DNA of 64,000 nucleotides from contig JAVKOQ020000012.1 in the NCBI GenBank assembly GCA_031835245.2, positions 248,001 to 312,000 of the forward strand. Direction: 5' to 3'. The DNA comes from Balamuthia mandrillaris (lineage: Eukaryota). How positions within the stretch are numbered: the stretch's first letter is position 1; every line of letters begins with the position of its first letter. A program made the position numbers and the translations under genes. Below the pieces are notes generated by a model. It ran no database searches and had not been told where the DNA came from. It was given only the letters and a program-made list of their open reading frames with translations. Of the stretch, positions 1 to 12,462 are shown one piece after another.

Positions 1-1
1 C

Positions 2-53
<52 letters not shown>

Positions 54-106
54 TCGCTTTTCGCTCGTCTCTTTGCTCTGTCATAACATGTTGGCCTCTG
101 TTATAG

Positions 107-1479
107 ACACCACGCAAGTAAATTGTCCGGCTGGAACGTTCAACTTGGAGCCTGGCGTGTGTGCTTTCCAATGTCCCGAACCGCTCATTGAGGACGACGA
201 GTTCGACGCCATCACCATCATGATGAGCGTGATGGGCTGGCTGTCCTTCGTGCTGATGGCCTTCCTGGTGGTCACTTACTTGGTGGACCCTGACAAGAGG
301 AAGTTCCCCAACCATTTGCCTCTCTTCTTCTTTATTGCCATTTTGGGCTTCTCCTTCGCCTTTTGCTTGGCCAGCGCTGTTGGACACAAGGACATGATCT
401 GCGACAACGAAGAGGAGGCCAACTACTTTGGTGCTGGAGCCTGCACGGTGCAGGGCATGTTGGTGGTGTACTTCTTCTTCGCAGCGGTGTTGTGGTGGTT
501 GGTCATCTGCTTCAACATCTTCCTGATGTTGATGTTGGCCGCCAACCAAGTAGACTACCGTAAGAGGGGGCTTCGCAACTCCCTTATCATTGGTTACCAC
601 TGCTTCGCCTGGCTGCTGCCCTTGTTGCCTTTGATCATCAGCTTGTCGGCGGAGCGATTGGGCGCCAACGGTTCCGACCTGTGGTGCACCATCCACTCCT
701 CCTCTTCGGACAATCGTTTGGTATTGGAGATCGGAGGAGGTTATGCAGGCGTGACCACGGCAGGAGAGTCCACCAACGCATGGAACTTTGGCCTCTTCTG
801 GTCACCCATCATTCTTTGCGTGCTGATCGGCATAAGCTTCATCTTCGTGGTCATCCTCTTCCAGCTGAGACAGGAGAGCGGATGGAAGGGCTTCGTCAAG
901 TTCATCTCCGGCCAATGGAGGATCTTCGCCTTCTTGGCCTTGTACATTTGGGTGTGCGTCTTCCTCTTCGCCTTCCAGCTCGACTTCGAGGTGAAGCGGA
1001 ATGACCAGTACGATGACTATGCCACCTACACCGCCTGCCTCTTCCAACGAAACGCTGCCATGGAGGTGGATGCCGCTCTGCGCGAACTTACCGGCGAAGG
1101 CTTGGCCTATTTGCCTCCTGTTTGCAACCTAGATTCCAATGTATGTTCTCTTTTTTTTTGCCCCTTCTGTTGTGTGTTATCGAGAGATTAACCTCCGATA
1201 CAATAACAGGTGAACTACCCGCTGTGGGTGATAGCAGCGTTTAACTTTGTGGGCCAAGGCGTGTTCGTCTTTTTCATCTTCGGCACCAGCACCCGCGTCT
1301 ACAAAGTATGGTATAATGTGGCCACCTTGCAGACCATCCCAAGGGCCAGCACCAACAGCAGCACACTCTCCAACGATGGCCAGGGTGGCAACAAAACGGG
1401 AAAGATGACCAAGGTGAAGGGCAAGCGGCTTGCTGGTGGCAGCTTGGCGATGGATTCCATGTCCGACGAGATCAATTGA
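107..1479 (+). CDS. Frizzled/Smoothened-like 7TM receptor, copy 1 (5' part lies before the window)
   Basis: Exon after TTATAG at 106 encodes CPEP linker and hydrophobic helices (KRKFPN, CTVQG...FFAAVLWW, LWCTI). GT-AG intron 1141-1209. Last exon has TM7 (GQGVFVFFIFGT) then RVYKVW, at the position of the KTxxxW motif. Confidence 0.85.
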
Positions 1480-2477
1480 GCATGGCGCGCACAAAGACAG
1501 ACACACTGTCTTTTTTTTTTGTTTGTTTTGTTTGTTCTTCTTAGTTTAGTTTTGGTTTTGTTTGGCTGCTTTTTTGTTTTGTTTTTTAAATGCTTTCGTT
1601 TCAACCACTTGTACCTTTACAATTCTTTTTACGATAACGTTGTTTTATTTTTATTTATTTTGTCTTCACTCCCTCTGCGCCAGCCAGCAAGCAAGCACGA
1701 AAAGGCAACCATCCGAATACCAAAGATATTGACCGCGTCGACGAGAGTGCAACCGCTGGTCGCCCTTTTTTATTCTTCATGGGTTCAAGTGTGACCGATT
1801 ACTTCCTTGAACTAGCCCTTGAATGCCGCCGAAAGGCAAAGTTTACCCTTTCAGGGCAACGCATCTGGGTCCAACCGATGTTTTTGAGAGACCGAGAACT
1901 GCAGTGTCTCCCTTTTTGTCCTTGTCGCTGGCAGGTCCACCCTGTTCCACGGCTGAAACCAAAAAGGTTAAGCTTTGAGGTGATTCCGAGAGATGACCGG
2001 ACATTGGTGCGCCCTTTGCTGGCGGAATAGCGAAACGAGGCTAACTGCTCATTTTCTTTATTTGCTTAATGTGGGGGGCAACAGGCGTGACGGTTGAGGA
2101 AAGAAAGCCGTGCAACTTGCTCCCCGAAACAAAAAGTTGTGGGGCAGGCCCATAGAAATCAAATAAAAGATATAACACCGGGAGGTGCCTCTTCGCTCGC
2201 CTATAGACTCTGGTCATCTTTTTATTTCGGTGTCGTGGAACAGAGAGGGAGTACCGCTGCCCTTCCTCTGAAGTCAAACACATAAAAAGAAGAGGACGCA
2301 ACGGAGGTGTGGGCGACGGGGAAACACCTAGTCTTTTGTTTGAACTTTGTATTATTTTTTTACCCTTCACCATGAAGATTAGATTGAACGGAGGGCTCGC
2401 CTCTGGTCTGTTTGGTATCTTGGCCCTCACTTCCCTTCATTCATCCCAAGTTATTTTTGCTATCCTTGTTTTCAGAC

Positions 2478-2839
2478 ATGCTGACCGAATCCCTTTCCTC
2501 AATCTTTCTTGTTCACACAGTAGTTGTTGCACTCTTCTTTTTGCTTGGCTGCTCTCCGGCTACTTGCGCTCCTTCTGGTTACTTGTCAGAAGAGGAAACG
2601 GAAGAGCTGTTGAGGCTCGTAGAAAGAGAGACAGAACCAGAAAATATCATCGCCTTGGTCGAGAGACAGGGCCTCCCAGCGGACTTCATGGACCCAACGG
2701 TGCCCGGTGCAACGTGTGTGCACAGGGACAACGTCACGATGTCCTACCCTTGCCATGACTTCCTGAACTACACTTATATCTACGTGGATAGGTATCAGGC
2801 AATCCGAAATGCTTATGCTGCTGGGTATGCTCCCTCCGC

Positions 2840-2890
<51 letters not shown>

Positions 2891-4826
2891 GTGCTTATAT
2901 CCCCTTTGTAGTGTATTGGGAAGCGTACCCAATGCGGAGTGTCGGCTGAGGTCGTCGCGGTATCTCTGTCCAACATACTTCAGGTTTGCTGCGTTATGGA
3001 AGAAACCATTTCCCTCTGTATGTTTGCTAACTTGAGTTTTCCTACAGAGAGTGCACAGAACTAACGGCGCCCGCAGATGCGGTGCCGGTAAACGCATCTC
3101 TGAGCAACAAGGTAGCTGTGGGAGGTTACGTATGCCGGGAGCTGTGTAGGGCTCGTCTCGATGCTTGTGTCTCCTCTGTCAAGCCAGCTGACAGACCTCA
3201 ATTCCTCAACTGCAACGTGTTCAACACCTTGCTCTTTGGCCCTACCACCTACAACATCTTCCCCGATCCCAACGATACCTACACAGTGACTGCTCCGAAC
3301 GGTGTGGACATCACCTATGTCGACCAATGCTATGACGACAGCGCGAACGTCTTTTGTACCTCGCCCCACCTTGTGTCTTCTTCTTGTGCTCGTGTAGTAG
3401 CATGAGAGCTAACTATGGTTAACCTACCTAGATAATGCCCGTGTGGAGTGTCCCTTTGGCACATTCCAGCTGGAGCCTGGCGTCTGCGGCTTCTCTTGTC
3501 CTGAACCTCTCATCGAGGACGATGAGTTCGACGCCGTCACCATCATGATGAGCGTGATGGGCTGGCTGTCCTTCGTGCTGATGGCCTTCCTGGTGGTCAC
3601 TTACTTGGTGGACCCCGAGAAGAGGAAGTTCCCCAACCATCTGCCTCTCTTTCTGTTTTTGGCCGTCATGTGCTTCTCCTTCGCCTTCTGCTTGGCCAGC
3701 ACGTTGCCGAATGACCACAGAGACATGATTTGTAAGAATGAGCAAGAGGCCAACTACTTTGGCGATGGCGCCTGCACGGTGCAGGGCTTGCTGGTGGTGT
3801 ACTTCTTCTTCGCGGCGGTGTTGTGGTGGTTGGTCATCTGCTTCAACATCTTCCTGATGTTGGTGCTGGCCGCCAAACAAGTGGACTACCGTCGCTCGTC
3901 GGTCCGTACCCTTCTCATGGTGAGCTACCACTGCTTCGCGTGGCTGCTGCCCTTTGTGCCGGTGATCATCAGCTTGGCGGCGGAGCGATTGGGCGCCAAC
4001 GGTTCCGACCTGTGGTGCACCATCCACTCCTCCTCCGAAGACAACCGAGTGGTTTTGCAGGTAGGTTCCGGCGCAGGCGTGACCACGGCAGGAGAGTCCA
4101 CCAACGCATGGAACTTTGGCCTCTTCTGGTCACCCATCATTCTCTTTATAGTCATCGGCATAAGCTTCATCTTCGTGGTCATCCTCTTCCAGCTGAGACA
4201 GGAGAGCGGATGGAAGGGCTTCGTCAAGTTCATCTCCGGCCAATGGAGGATCTTCGCCTTCTTGGCCTTGTACATTTGGGTGTGCGTCTTCCTCTTCGCC
4301 TCCCAGCTCGACTTTGAGGCCAAGAGGAACGAACAGTACGATGACTATGCCACCTACACCGCCTGCCTCTTCCAACGGAACGCCGGGCTGGAGGTGGATG
4401 CCGCTCTGAAGGAGCTCACCGGGAAAGGCTTGAATCACCTTCCCGAACCTTGCACCTTGGAAACCAACGTACGTGCTTTGCTCCCTTTCTCCTACTCCTC
4501 TTTCGCTTCTGGGCTTCCTTCCGTTTCCTCCGGCTCACCACCAACGATAACAGGTGAACTACCCGCTGTGGGTGATAGCAGCGTTTAACTTTGTGGGCCA
4601 AGGCGTGTTCGTCTTTTTCATCTTCGGCACCAGCGCCCGCGTCTACAAGCTGTGGTGGAGCGTGGCCACCATGCACACCCTCCCCAAGGCCAGCAACAGC
4701 ATCACCCTCTCCGGCGATGCCGTTGGCGGCACCACCAGCCGCACCGGCGGCAAGGTCACCAAGGTGAAGGGCAAGCAGCTTGCCGGCGGAAGCTTGGAAT
4801 TGGACTCCATGTCCGATGGAGACTAG
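2478..4826 (+). CDS. Frizzled/Smoothened-like 7TM receptor with N-terminal cysteine-rich domain, copy 2
   Basis: Signal-peptide-like N-terminus; Cys-rich exons (CHDFLNY, CRLRSSRYLCPTYFRECT, VCRELCRARLDAC) then a 7TM region closely paralogous to copy 1 with the same last intron position. An alternative upstream ATG lies at 2372. Confidence 0.85.
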
Positions 4827-5022
4827 AAGGAGGCAAAAGAAGAGAACGAGAGAGAGAGAGAGAGAGAGAGAGTGTGTGTGTGAGAGAGAAAGTGAGAGAG
4901 GAGATGAAGAACTGTACCAACCTTCTGTTGCTGAGACTGTTTGTTGTGTTTTTGTTGTTAAGACTAAGAAGTTGTTTTTTTTGGAGAGCCAAAACCAACT
5001 GCTCCTCTTCTTTTCACTTCCT

Positions 5023-5053
<31 letters not shown>

Positions 5054-5257
5054 AACAAGTTCTTTTGTTTAAAACTCTTTCTTCTGTTTCTATAGCGAGT
5101 GTGCGCCAGGTGAACCGGCACCTTGTGTTTATACAACAAAATATGAGGAGAAAAGAAAAACCGCAACTTTATCGTGCAAGCAGTTCGGTTCTTTCTTTCT
5201 CCTTCTTCTCCCTCTCCTCCTCTCCTCTTTTTTTTTTTCTTTCGTTGCTTTCCTCAA

Positions 5258-5629
5258 TCATCCTTCTTCAGCGGTGGCAGCAGGCGCACTGCCGCCGGCT
5301 GAGACGGAGCTCAAAGCGGCCTCGAGGTGCTCCATCTGCCGCTCCAACTGGGTCAGCTTTTCGTTGATGGCGGCCAACTTGTAACGTGTCGAGGTATCTG
5401 TATTGTTGTTTGCATGAGAAAGAGGGAGAGTAGAGAGAAAGAGAAGAAGAAGAAGAAGAAGAAGAAGAAGAAGAAAAGAGATGAAAGGAAGAGATGGGGA
5501 AGAGCTGAGGGGGTAATAACCGAAACGATTCAAAAATTCGGCAATTTTTTTGATGTTGTTGGTGATGTTCTCGATGAACTCACGCTCTTCCCAGTCCTCT
5601 TGGACTGCGGTTTTGTGCTTGTCTCCCAT
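5258..5629 (-). CDS. BRK1: BRICK1/HSPC300, SCAR/WAVE complex subunit
   Basis: VQEDWEEREFIENITNNIKKIAEFLNRF|DTSTRYKLAAINEKLTQLERQMEHLEA; one intron containing (CTT)n. Confidence 0.95.
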   Translation of the reverse strand: MGDKHKTAVQEDWEEREFIENITNNIKKIAEFLNRFGYYPLSSSPSLPFISFLLLLLLLLLLLFLSTLPLSHANNNTDTSTRYKLAAINEKLTQLERQMEHLEAALSSVSAGGSAPAATAEEG

Positions 5630-5939
5630 TCCCCCCAAATGCAACAAATAAATAAAAAACAAAACAAAAAGTTGCCGCTATTCCACGTCGTCACACTTGG
5701 AGTGGTATTTTAAAAAAAAAATAAATCTTGTGGCCCGAAGCTGCACAAAAAAGGAAGAAAGATAAGGACACAAGGTGAAAGTACGCTGCGAGTAGCCTTC
5801 CTTTTCTTCACGCGCCCCAACAACAAAGAACAACCCTGCCGAAGAGAGAGAGCCGTTCCTCTTCTTTCTTTCTTTTTTGTTTTTCTTTAATTTGGGTATT
5901 TGTTTTTGTCGACTTACTAACGTCGACAATAGATAATTC

Positions 5940-6030
5940 TGTCGTCACTGAGATTCGAACCGACAACCTTCTGGCTTTCCAAAAAAAAAAGAATGTTGTC
6001 TATAGGATTCGAACCGTAGAAATCACCCAA
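5940..6030 (-). other. Two tandem isolated Pol III B-box (tRNA T-loop-like) motifs; no intact tRNA
   Basis: GGTTCGAATC on the minus strand at 5952-5961 and 6006-6015, each followed by GAC(A/G)ACA and preceded by a T-run. No cloverleaf can be folded. Confidence 0.55.
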
Positions 6031-6069
6031 AAAAAGCGTTACCAAGAGACGAAACAAGGCCAAGTGGAC

Positions 6070-6701
6070 ATGGAGGTTGGCGCCGATGGCCAGCAGATGA
6101 AACCGGAAGGTAGACGGCTGTTACGCGAGTTGGAGCGCCATAATAAGCGGTTGCATTGGTATAGAGCCAAATCCATTCATGCCGGCATGCTCTTGGCCAA
6201 TGCCCACCAGGTTTCTCCGCTGTGCTTTTTCATTTGTGCTTCTGCTTTCCTCTTATTCTTTGGCAAACATAGTATGAGGAATGTGCAAAGAAGTTGCAAG
6301 AGACAGCTATTCTGTGCCTCAAGATAAAACAGCTCGCAACTCTCATACATCAGTTTCCCACCCTTTATCTTGCCGCTCAACAAACCCCTCATTCAGAGGA
6401 ACTGTTGGAGATGTTTTCTGTTACCGCCTTTGAGGAGGCGACCAACGATATGGACAACGAAGCAATCGAAGAAGAAGTGATGGTACAGATGACAAAGGAG
6501 CCGTGGGACCGCCTTCCCGTCGCCTACTCCTCTTTCAGCTTGAAACGACTGGCCGCAATGGCCATTTTGGGCCAAGCTTCTTCTCTTTCTTCTGATGCTC
6601 TGCTTCTCCCAGGCGACATTCAAGACTTTCTTTTGGCTGTTCGACAATACCTTGTACGTGAGCATGCCGAGAGGAGAGAGCAGAGGATAGGGAGAGAGTA
6701 G
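6070..6701 (+). CDS. Hypothetical protein with C-terminal SOCS/VHL-box-like motif
   Basis: Two ORFs joinable by an intron after CAG|GT near 6210. C-terminus SLKRLAAMAI...LLLPGDIQDFL resembles BC-box plus cullin-box. Confidence 0.55.
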
Positions 6702-7717
6702 GAGATCTAGAGGTATTATTGGACTCACTATTCTTCAATCAAAAGGATGCGCACAGCAATCATCGGCCGTGTCGGATGCTCCCTTTGCACCTGCATAATA
6801 TTACATAACTTGTAGTGAATGATATGGTTTTAGACCCCCAGCAATGAACGAGATAGAAACGTTTCAGTTTATGGAGTCTTCACCAAGTGACAGCGATTAA
6901 GACGGAGACAACGTTGTGGTAAGAAACAAGCGACTGATTCGGTTTCTTTTGGTCACATGGAATCTACGTCGTCCACTTCAGTTTGGTGTCCTCTGCATTA
7001 TCAACAAAGAAACAGAGAATGAGAAGAGATGGAGACGAGAGACTAGACGAGAGAGTGAGAGAAAGAGAACGAAAACATGACGAGAATGATGAAGAGAACA
7101 ACGACCGTCAGCTGCATTCCTGCCTTTTGGTCATGAAAGATATCCATGAAGAGAAAATTATCTTCTTCCTTTCCAACACAACGAGGCTGAAACCTTTTTT
7201 GCCACAAAGTTCCGTTTCAAGGCTAAGGGTCTGGCGAGGCCTCCTTACTGACCCACAGGCGGAGGATGGTGGCATAGCTTCGGGATTGAGGAAATGCCGA
7301 ACCGAGAATGTTGAGGGAGAGTGTGTTTGTCCGGTAACACACAGTTTGCACGAACCAAACGAAGCCTCGAAAGCTGCAACGTGGTTGACGGAGCAGCACG
7401 AAGCGACGCTCCACTTTTGAATTTCGGTTGGGTGATTGATAATTAATAGGACCCAAAGATTCAGCCAATGGTTTATCAAAAAAAGTTCAGAGGACCCTCG
7501 TGTGTGGCAATAAAGCTTCTCCATTATACCGAGGCATTAGGCATATCATCGTGATGTTTCCTTTACGAAGCAATTTAGCCTTTGCGTTACCTCATAACTA
7601 TCTATCTGTGGAGTTGAAACAACAGCAAAAAAAAAAAAAACAGAAAGAGAAAGAGGGAGCCCAGAAAGACAATAACGCACAACAGAGAAGAGAGAGAGAA
7701 AGAGAGCGAGAAAAAAA

Positions 7718-8283
7718 ATGTCTTCTTTTTCCCTTCTTTGCCTTCTCTCTCTTTGCTGCCTCTCTTTTGCGTTGTCCTTCGCTACTGCCCAAATAGACAC
7801 CTTTGATTATGTCGTCATCGGAGCTGGCACCGCTGGTTGCGCCGTTGCCGGCAGGCTGGCCGAGGCCGACGCAGAGGCTTCCATTTTGCTGCTGGAGAGG
7901 GGCCACTTTCCCTCCGAAGAGCAATGGGACTCGGTGGACCAGAACTCTCACCTGCTAGCCTTTAACCTCTGGGAGAGCAGTAACTACTCGAGAAAGTGGC
8001 CCTCCGAACCGAACCCTGGCTTGGGGAATGCCTCCGTGGAAATGTTTTATGCGGATAGCGTCGGGGGAGCTACAATGATCAACAGTATGTTTATTTCTTC
8101 CTTTTTGTGTTCGTCGTTAGCTGTTTTCTTTTATGGTTATTTGCCGAGCTGATTGCTTTACTTCACTTTCTTCTCTCTCTTTCTCTCGCCCTCCACTCTT
8201 TCCTTTGTCTTTCTTCATCTCATTCTTTTCTTTTCTTTTTCTTTTTCCATTTCATATTTGTTATTCTCGTTTGCTTTTCTTAT

Positions 8284-8323
<40 letters not shown>

Positions 8324-9399
8324 TCTCTCTCTCTTTCTTGTCGTTTCTTTCTTGTCGTTTCTTTCTTTCTTTCTTTGAACAGCTGGTCAATATAGCAGAC
8401 CGCATGCATCTTACTTTAACGCCTGGAACCTTCCCAATTGGGAATGGGACAAAGTCTCTCCTTTCTACCTCCAAATGGAAAACCACAAGCCCTCTTCTAA
8501 CAGCTCCTCTGCTTCGTTCTTTGGAACTGGAGGACCGCTGCCCATCTCCATGAGCTTTGAGCAAACGCATGGAAAGGACTTCATCGCCGCTATAAAATAC
8601 CATAATGAAACCTTTTTGGATGGACAAGAGGCATTAGAAGAGGATAGTGAGGCCTTCCTTCAAGCTCCTCGCATCATTCTCAACGGCAAGCGGGTCACGT
8701 CGTATCAGGCTTACGTGGAGCCTCTTCTTCAAGACGCTGAAGCGAACATCGAGCTGAGAACAAGAGTCGCAGTGGACAAGATCATTTTGAAAGAAAAACA
8801 AACTGAGGCAAGCGAGGAAAGCGGTGAAAGCAAGTGGATTGCAGTTGGAGTGGTTTATAGAGACGAAGAAGGAAGAGAGAGGGAGGTGAGAGTGAGAAGG
8901 GAAGTCATTGTCTCTGCTGGAGTTTACGATAGCCCAATTGTGCTAATGCGATCGGGCATTGGACCGGAGGAGCATCTGAGCAGCATTGGCATTGATACTC
9001 TTATTGACCTTCCTGCTGTTGGTTCGTTGTTCTTTTTTCTCTTGTTCTCCTCTTTCATCTATATTTTTTTTATTTTCAATAACTTCTCATGTTATACAGG
9101 CCAAAACCTTAAAAACAGAGGAGGCTACACCGTTACCAGCGTTTTAACAGAGGTGCCCTTCATCTCTTTCTTAGTTCTTCCACGAAACCACTGACCGACA
9201 TAACAATTCCACTTTACATTACACTTGTTGTTATATAATAGCCAACTCCGGAGATGACTATTGACCCAGAAAACGAAACAGTGATCGCACAATGGGAAAG
9301 TAACCCTGACTCCAGCCCGCTCTCTGCCAGTCTTGCTGAGATTTTAGGTTTTGGAAAAAGCAGCAGCGAGAGTCCTGACATTGATATGATGGTATTATT

Positions 9400-9436
<37 letters not shown>

Positions 9437-10249
9437 CAGCTGTTATCTTTTGACTGATCCAGTGTTCTTTCTATTCCTGCCTCCTTCGTTATGTGTTCCT
9501 TTTCGATTAGTACGAGATGACGAACGTCATTCCACGTTCTATTGGGGTGCACGTCGATACTTTGGTTTGCATTCTTGCCAAAGTTCGTTCCACCGGACAT
9601 GTGGAGCTTCGTTCCGAGGATCCATGGGACAACGCCAAGGTCTGGCCCAACTTTTTGGGGGATGAGGGGGATTGGGAAGCTTTGCTGTCTTGCATAGACT
9701 TTATGAGGACATTGAACACAGCTCCTTCCATGACAGCCAGTGAATACTCCTTCTCCTCTTTTGCTTCCTTTTTATATATTCCACTTATTCTTTTTTAAAA
9801 AAATAGTTCATACGCTTGAGTTTTTACCAGGCACCTCAGCCGACACAGAAGAGGAGATTCGCAAGGCGGTCAAAGGCCGTTTCACCAACACGGTCCACGC
9901 CTGGGGCACCTGCCAAATAGGAGATGCGGAGGAAGAGTCGGCGGTTGTGGACCAGTTCCTCATGGTGCGTGGAACCGAAAACGTGCGCGTGGCGGATACC
10001 TCAATCCTTCCTGCCGCTCACTATCCGCTTTCCGGTCTTATGGTTTGTCTTTCACCTCTTTCGTTCTTTCTTTTCTTTTCTTTCTTTATTGAATGGTGTT
10101 AACGAATGAACAACAAACAGGCGACTGCATATATGGTTGGAGAGAGAGCGGCAGCGATGGTAAGCGAAGCGGGATACGAAGTGGACGAGATGTACTATGA
10201 AGATTCCTCTGCGTCTTCTCATTCTTCTATTCTTCATCTTTTGTTCTAA
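7718..10249 (+). CDS. Secreted GMC (glucose-methanol-choline) oxidoreductase
   Basis: Signal peptide, FDYVVIGAGTAG FAD motif, GGATMIN, VIVSAGVYDSPIVLMRSGIG, DLPAVGQNL, HAWGTCQIG, VRVADTSILP, YMVGERAA. Multi-exon; 3' end approximate. Confidence 0.92.
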
Positions 10250-10326
10250 ATCAAGAAGTCTTTTTTTTTTCTCAAGGCTTGGTACTGGTCTTCATTTATA
10301 AAGTGAGAAATGAGAGCGAGAGTGAG

Positions 10327-10368
<42 letters not shown>

Positions 10369-10369
<1 letters not shown>

Positions 10370-10976
10370 TAGTATTGTTGAGGAGGTTTGCCGCGCTTCT
10401 GAGTGATGACCACCTTCTCATCGGATGGAGGACCCATCTTGCTGCCGTTGAATGTTAGGACGAAAGGCCAACTGTCACCAAAGTCGTACAAAAGTGGCAT
10501 CTGTACACCCGCTTCCAATGGCAAACTGTCAAGTCGCTGTTATACGACCAACACAAACACAAATTTTAGTGGAGGAGAGAGGAGAGAGGAGAGAGGAGAG
10601 AGGGGAGAGGAGAGGAGAGAGGGGAGAGGAGAGGGAGAGAGGAGAGAGGAGAGAGGAGAGAGAGGAGAGAGGAGAGAGGAGAGAGGAGAGAGGGAGAGAG
10701 GAGAGAGGAGAGAGGAGAGAGGAGAGAGGAGAGAGGAGAGAGGATGTTTACAGCAGAGGGTTCCTCGAAGCTTCTTTCTATTTCAGAGCCATCCGGGAGG
10801 GTCAGGCGGTAGAGGTGATCAAAGTCAAAGTCGAAGCCCTTCTCCAACAGCTCCTCCAAAGCGTCATCGAGGGTCATGTCAGCCCTCACCGTAGCCACTC
10901 GGAAGCAGTTGTGCCGCTTCAGCAGCAACTTGAACTCATAATACTTCACTTGTTGTTGCTCCGTTGTCTTTTGAGC

Positions 10977-11011
<35 letters not shown>

Positions 11012-11381
11012 GAAACAGGAAAAAAAAACAAGAAATGAAAATGGAACAAGAAACGAAAATAGAAAAGTAAAGACAAAAAAGAATAAAAGAAAAAAAATGG
11101 TGTAATGAGCATTAAAACGAGCGTGGTAGTACCTTAGAAGCTGAAGAAGAAGCCTCTCCTCTTTGTTGTCCTTCCTCCCGTTCGTCCCTTCCTCGTTTTT
11201 GAGGGGTGGTGGCAGCCCCACCATGTGGTTTGCGCCCACAACAAGTGTCGCAGGTACAAAAGGGTGTCTTTCCCAGCTTGAAGCAATAGTTCCTATAGCA
11301 CATGGGCACGTGGAAGACCAGGTCCGTGCCATTGACGCCCTCCCCGCACATGCTGCACGTCGTCCTATCGGCGGTCTGCAT
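10369..11381 (-). CDS. Cys/His-rich N-terminus fused to a pRiA4b ORF3-like (MM3350-like) domain
   Basis: Exon 1 CSMC...HVPMC...CTCDTCC; later exons MTLDDALEELL..GFDFDFDHLY and LLYDFGDSW...RGKPPQQY*, the motif series typical of that family. Confidence 0.75.
10571..10743. repeat. (GAGAG)n-type microsatellite in an intron
   Basis: Direct observation. Confidence 0.95.
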
Positions 11382-11625
11382 GGTGGGGGACTCTTGTACC
11401 CTTTTCTTGCCGTTGCTCTTTTTTTCTGTTCTGTTTTTTTTTTTTTTTGCTAACGGAAAAATTGTTGCAAAAGTGTGTGTTTCATTAAGAGACGCTTCCT
11501 TAAATTTTAGGTGGAGCTTTGAATCTTGATTGGCCAAATGATTTCAAAAGTGTAATCTTATTGGCTGTTGAGTTGGTCACGAGATTTCCAATCTCTCGCC
11601 TTTCAATTTTCGACAAAATTTCCGA

Positions 11626-12425
11626 TTATGAATTGTTATTATTCTCCTTCCCATCTTCTCCTCTTTCTTCGGCCATCTCGGCTGGTGGCTCTGGGAGGTG
11701 CTTGATGACCTTGCACGGGTTGCCCGCCGCGAGCACGTTGGCAGGAATGTCCTTGGTGACAACGCTCCCCGCTCCTATGGTGGTATTGTCTCCGATGGTA
11801 ACGCCGGGGCATAGGATGGCTCCTCCGCCCAACCACACGTTGTTTCCGATCTTTATGGGTCGTGCCAGCTCTGGTCCCTTCATGGTTTGTTTTCCCACAA
11901 AAAAAAAAAAGAAGTTCGAAAAAAAATAGAAAGAAAAAGAAAGAAAGGTTTGATGGCTGAAATAAAATAAAAAAATAATATTTTAAAATAATAATATTTA
12001 AAAAACAAACGAAAACGAAAAAGAAGAGGAGAACGAAAGGAACGAACAAGAATGCGGACAGAGGCTTCAAGCGGGTGGGTGGCGGCATAGATCTGGACGT
12101 TGGGGCCGCAGAGGACGTTATCCCCAATGTCGACATGGGCGCAGTCCAGAATGACGCAGTTGAAGTTCATGTAGAAGTTTCGGCCCACCGAAATGTGCCT
12201 GCCGTAGTCGCAGTAGAAAGGAGGTTCCATGTAAGTCCCTTCCCCCGCCTTTAGGAACAGCTCCGAGATGATCCTCGTTCGCTTTTCTTTTTCTTCCTAT
12301 TTTTTTTTTTGTTGTTAGTTTGGGTTTTTTTTTTGTTGAAGAAAAGAATTTTGTTGAAGAAAAGAAGAAAAGGGAGGAGGAGCAGGAGGAGCAGGAGGAG
12401 CAGGAGGAGGGATAGAGAAGAGAGA

Positions 12426-12462
<37 letters not shown>

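Noticed and set aside
5940..6030. Intact tRNA gene
   Set aside because: No acceptor stem, D-arm or paired T-stem; only B-box motifs remain.
6740..7524. Possible gene in short ORFs with an intron-like CT tract on the minus strand
   Set aside because: No consistent spliced open frame or recognisable motif; at most a decayed remnant.
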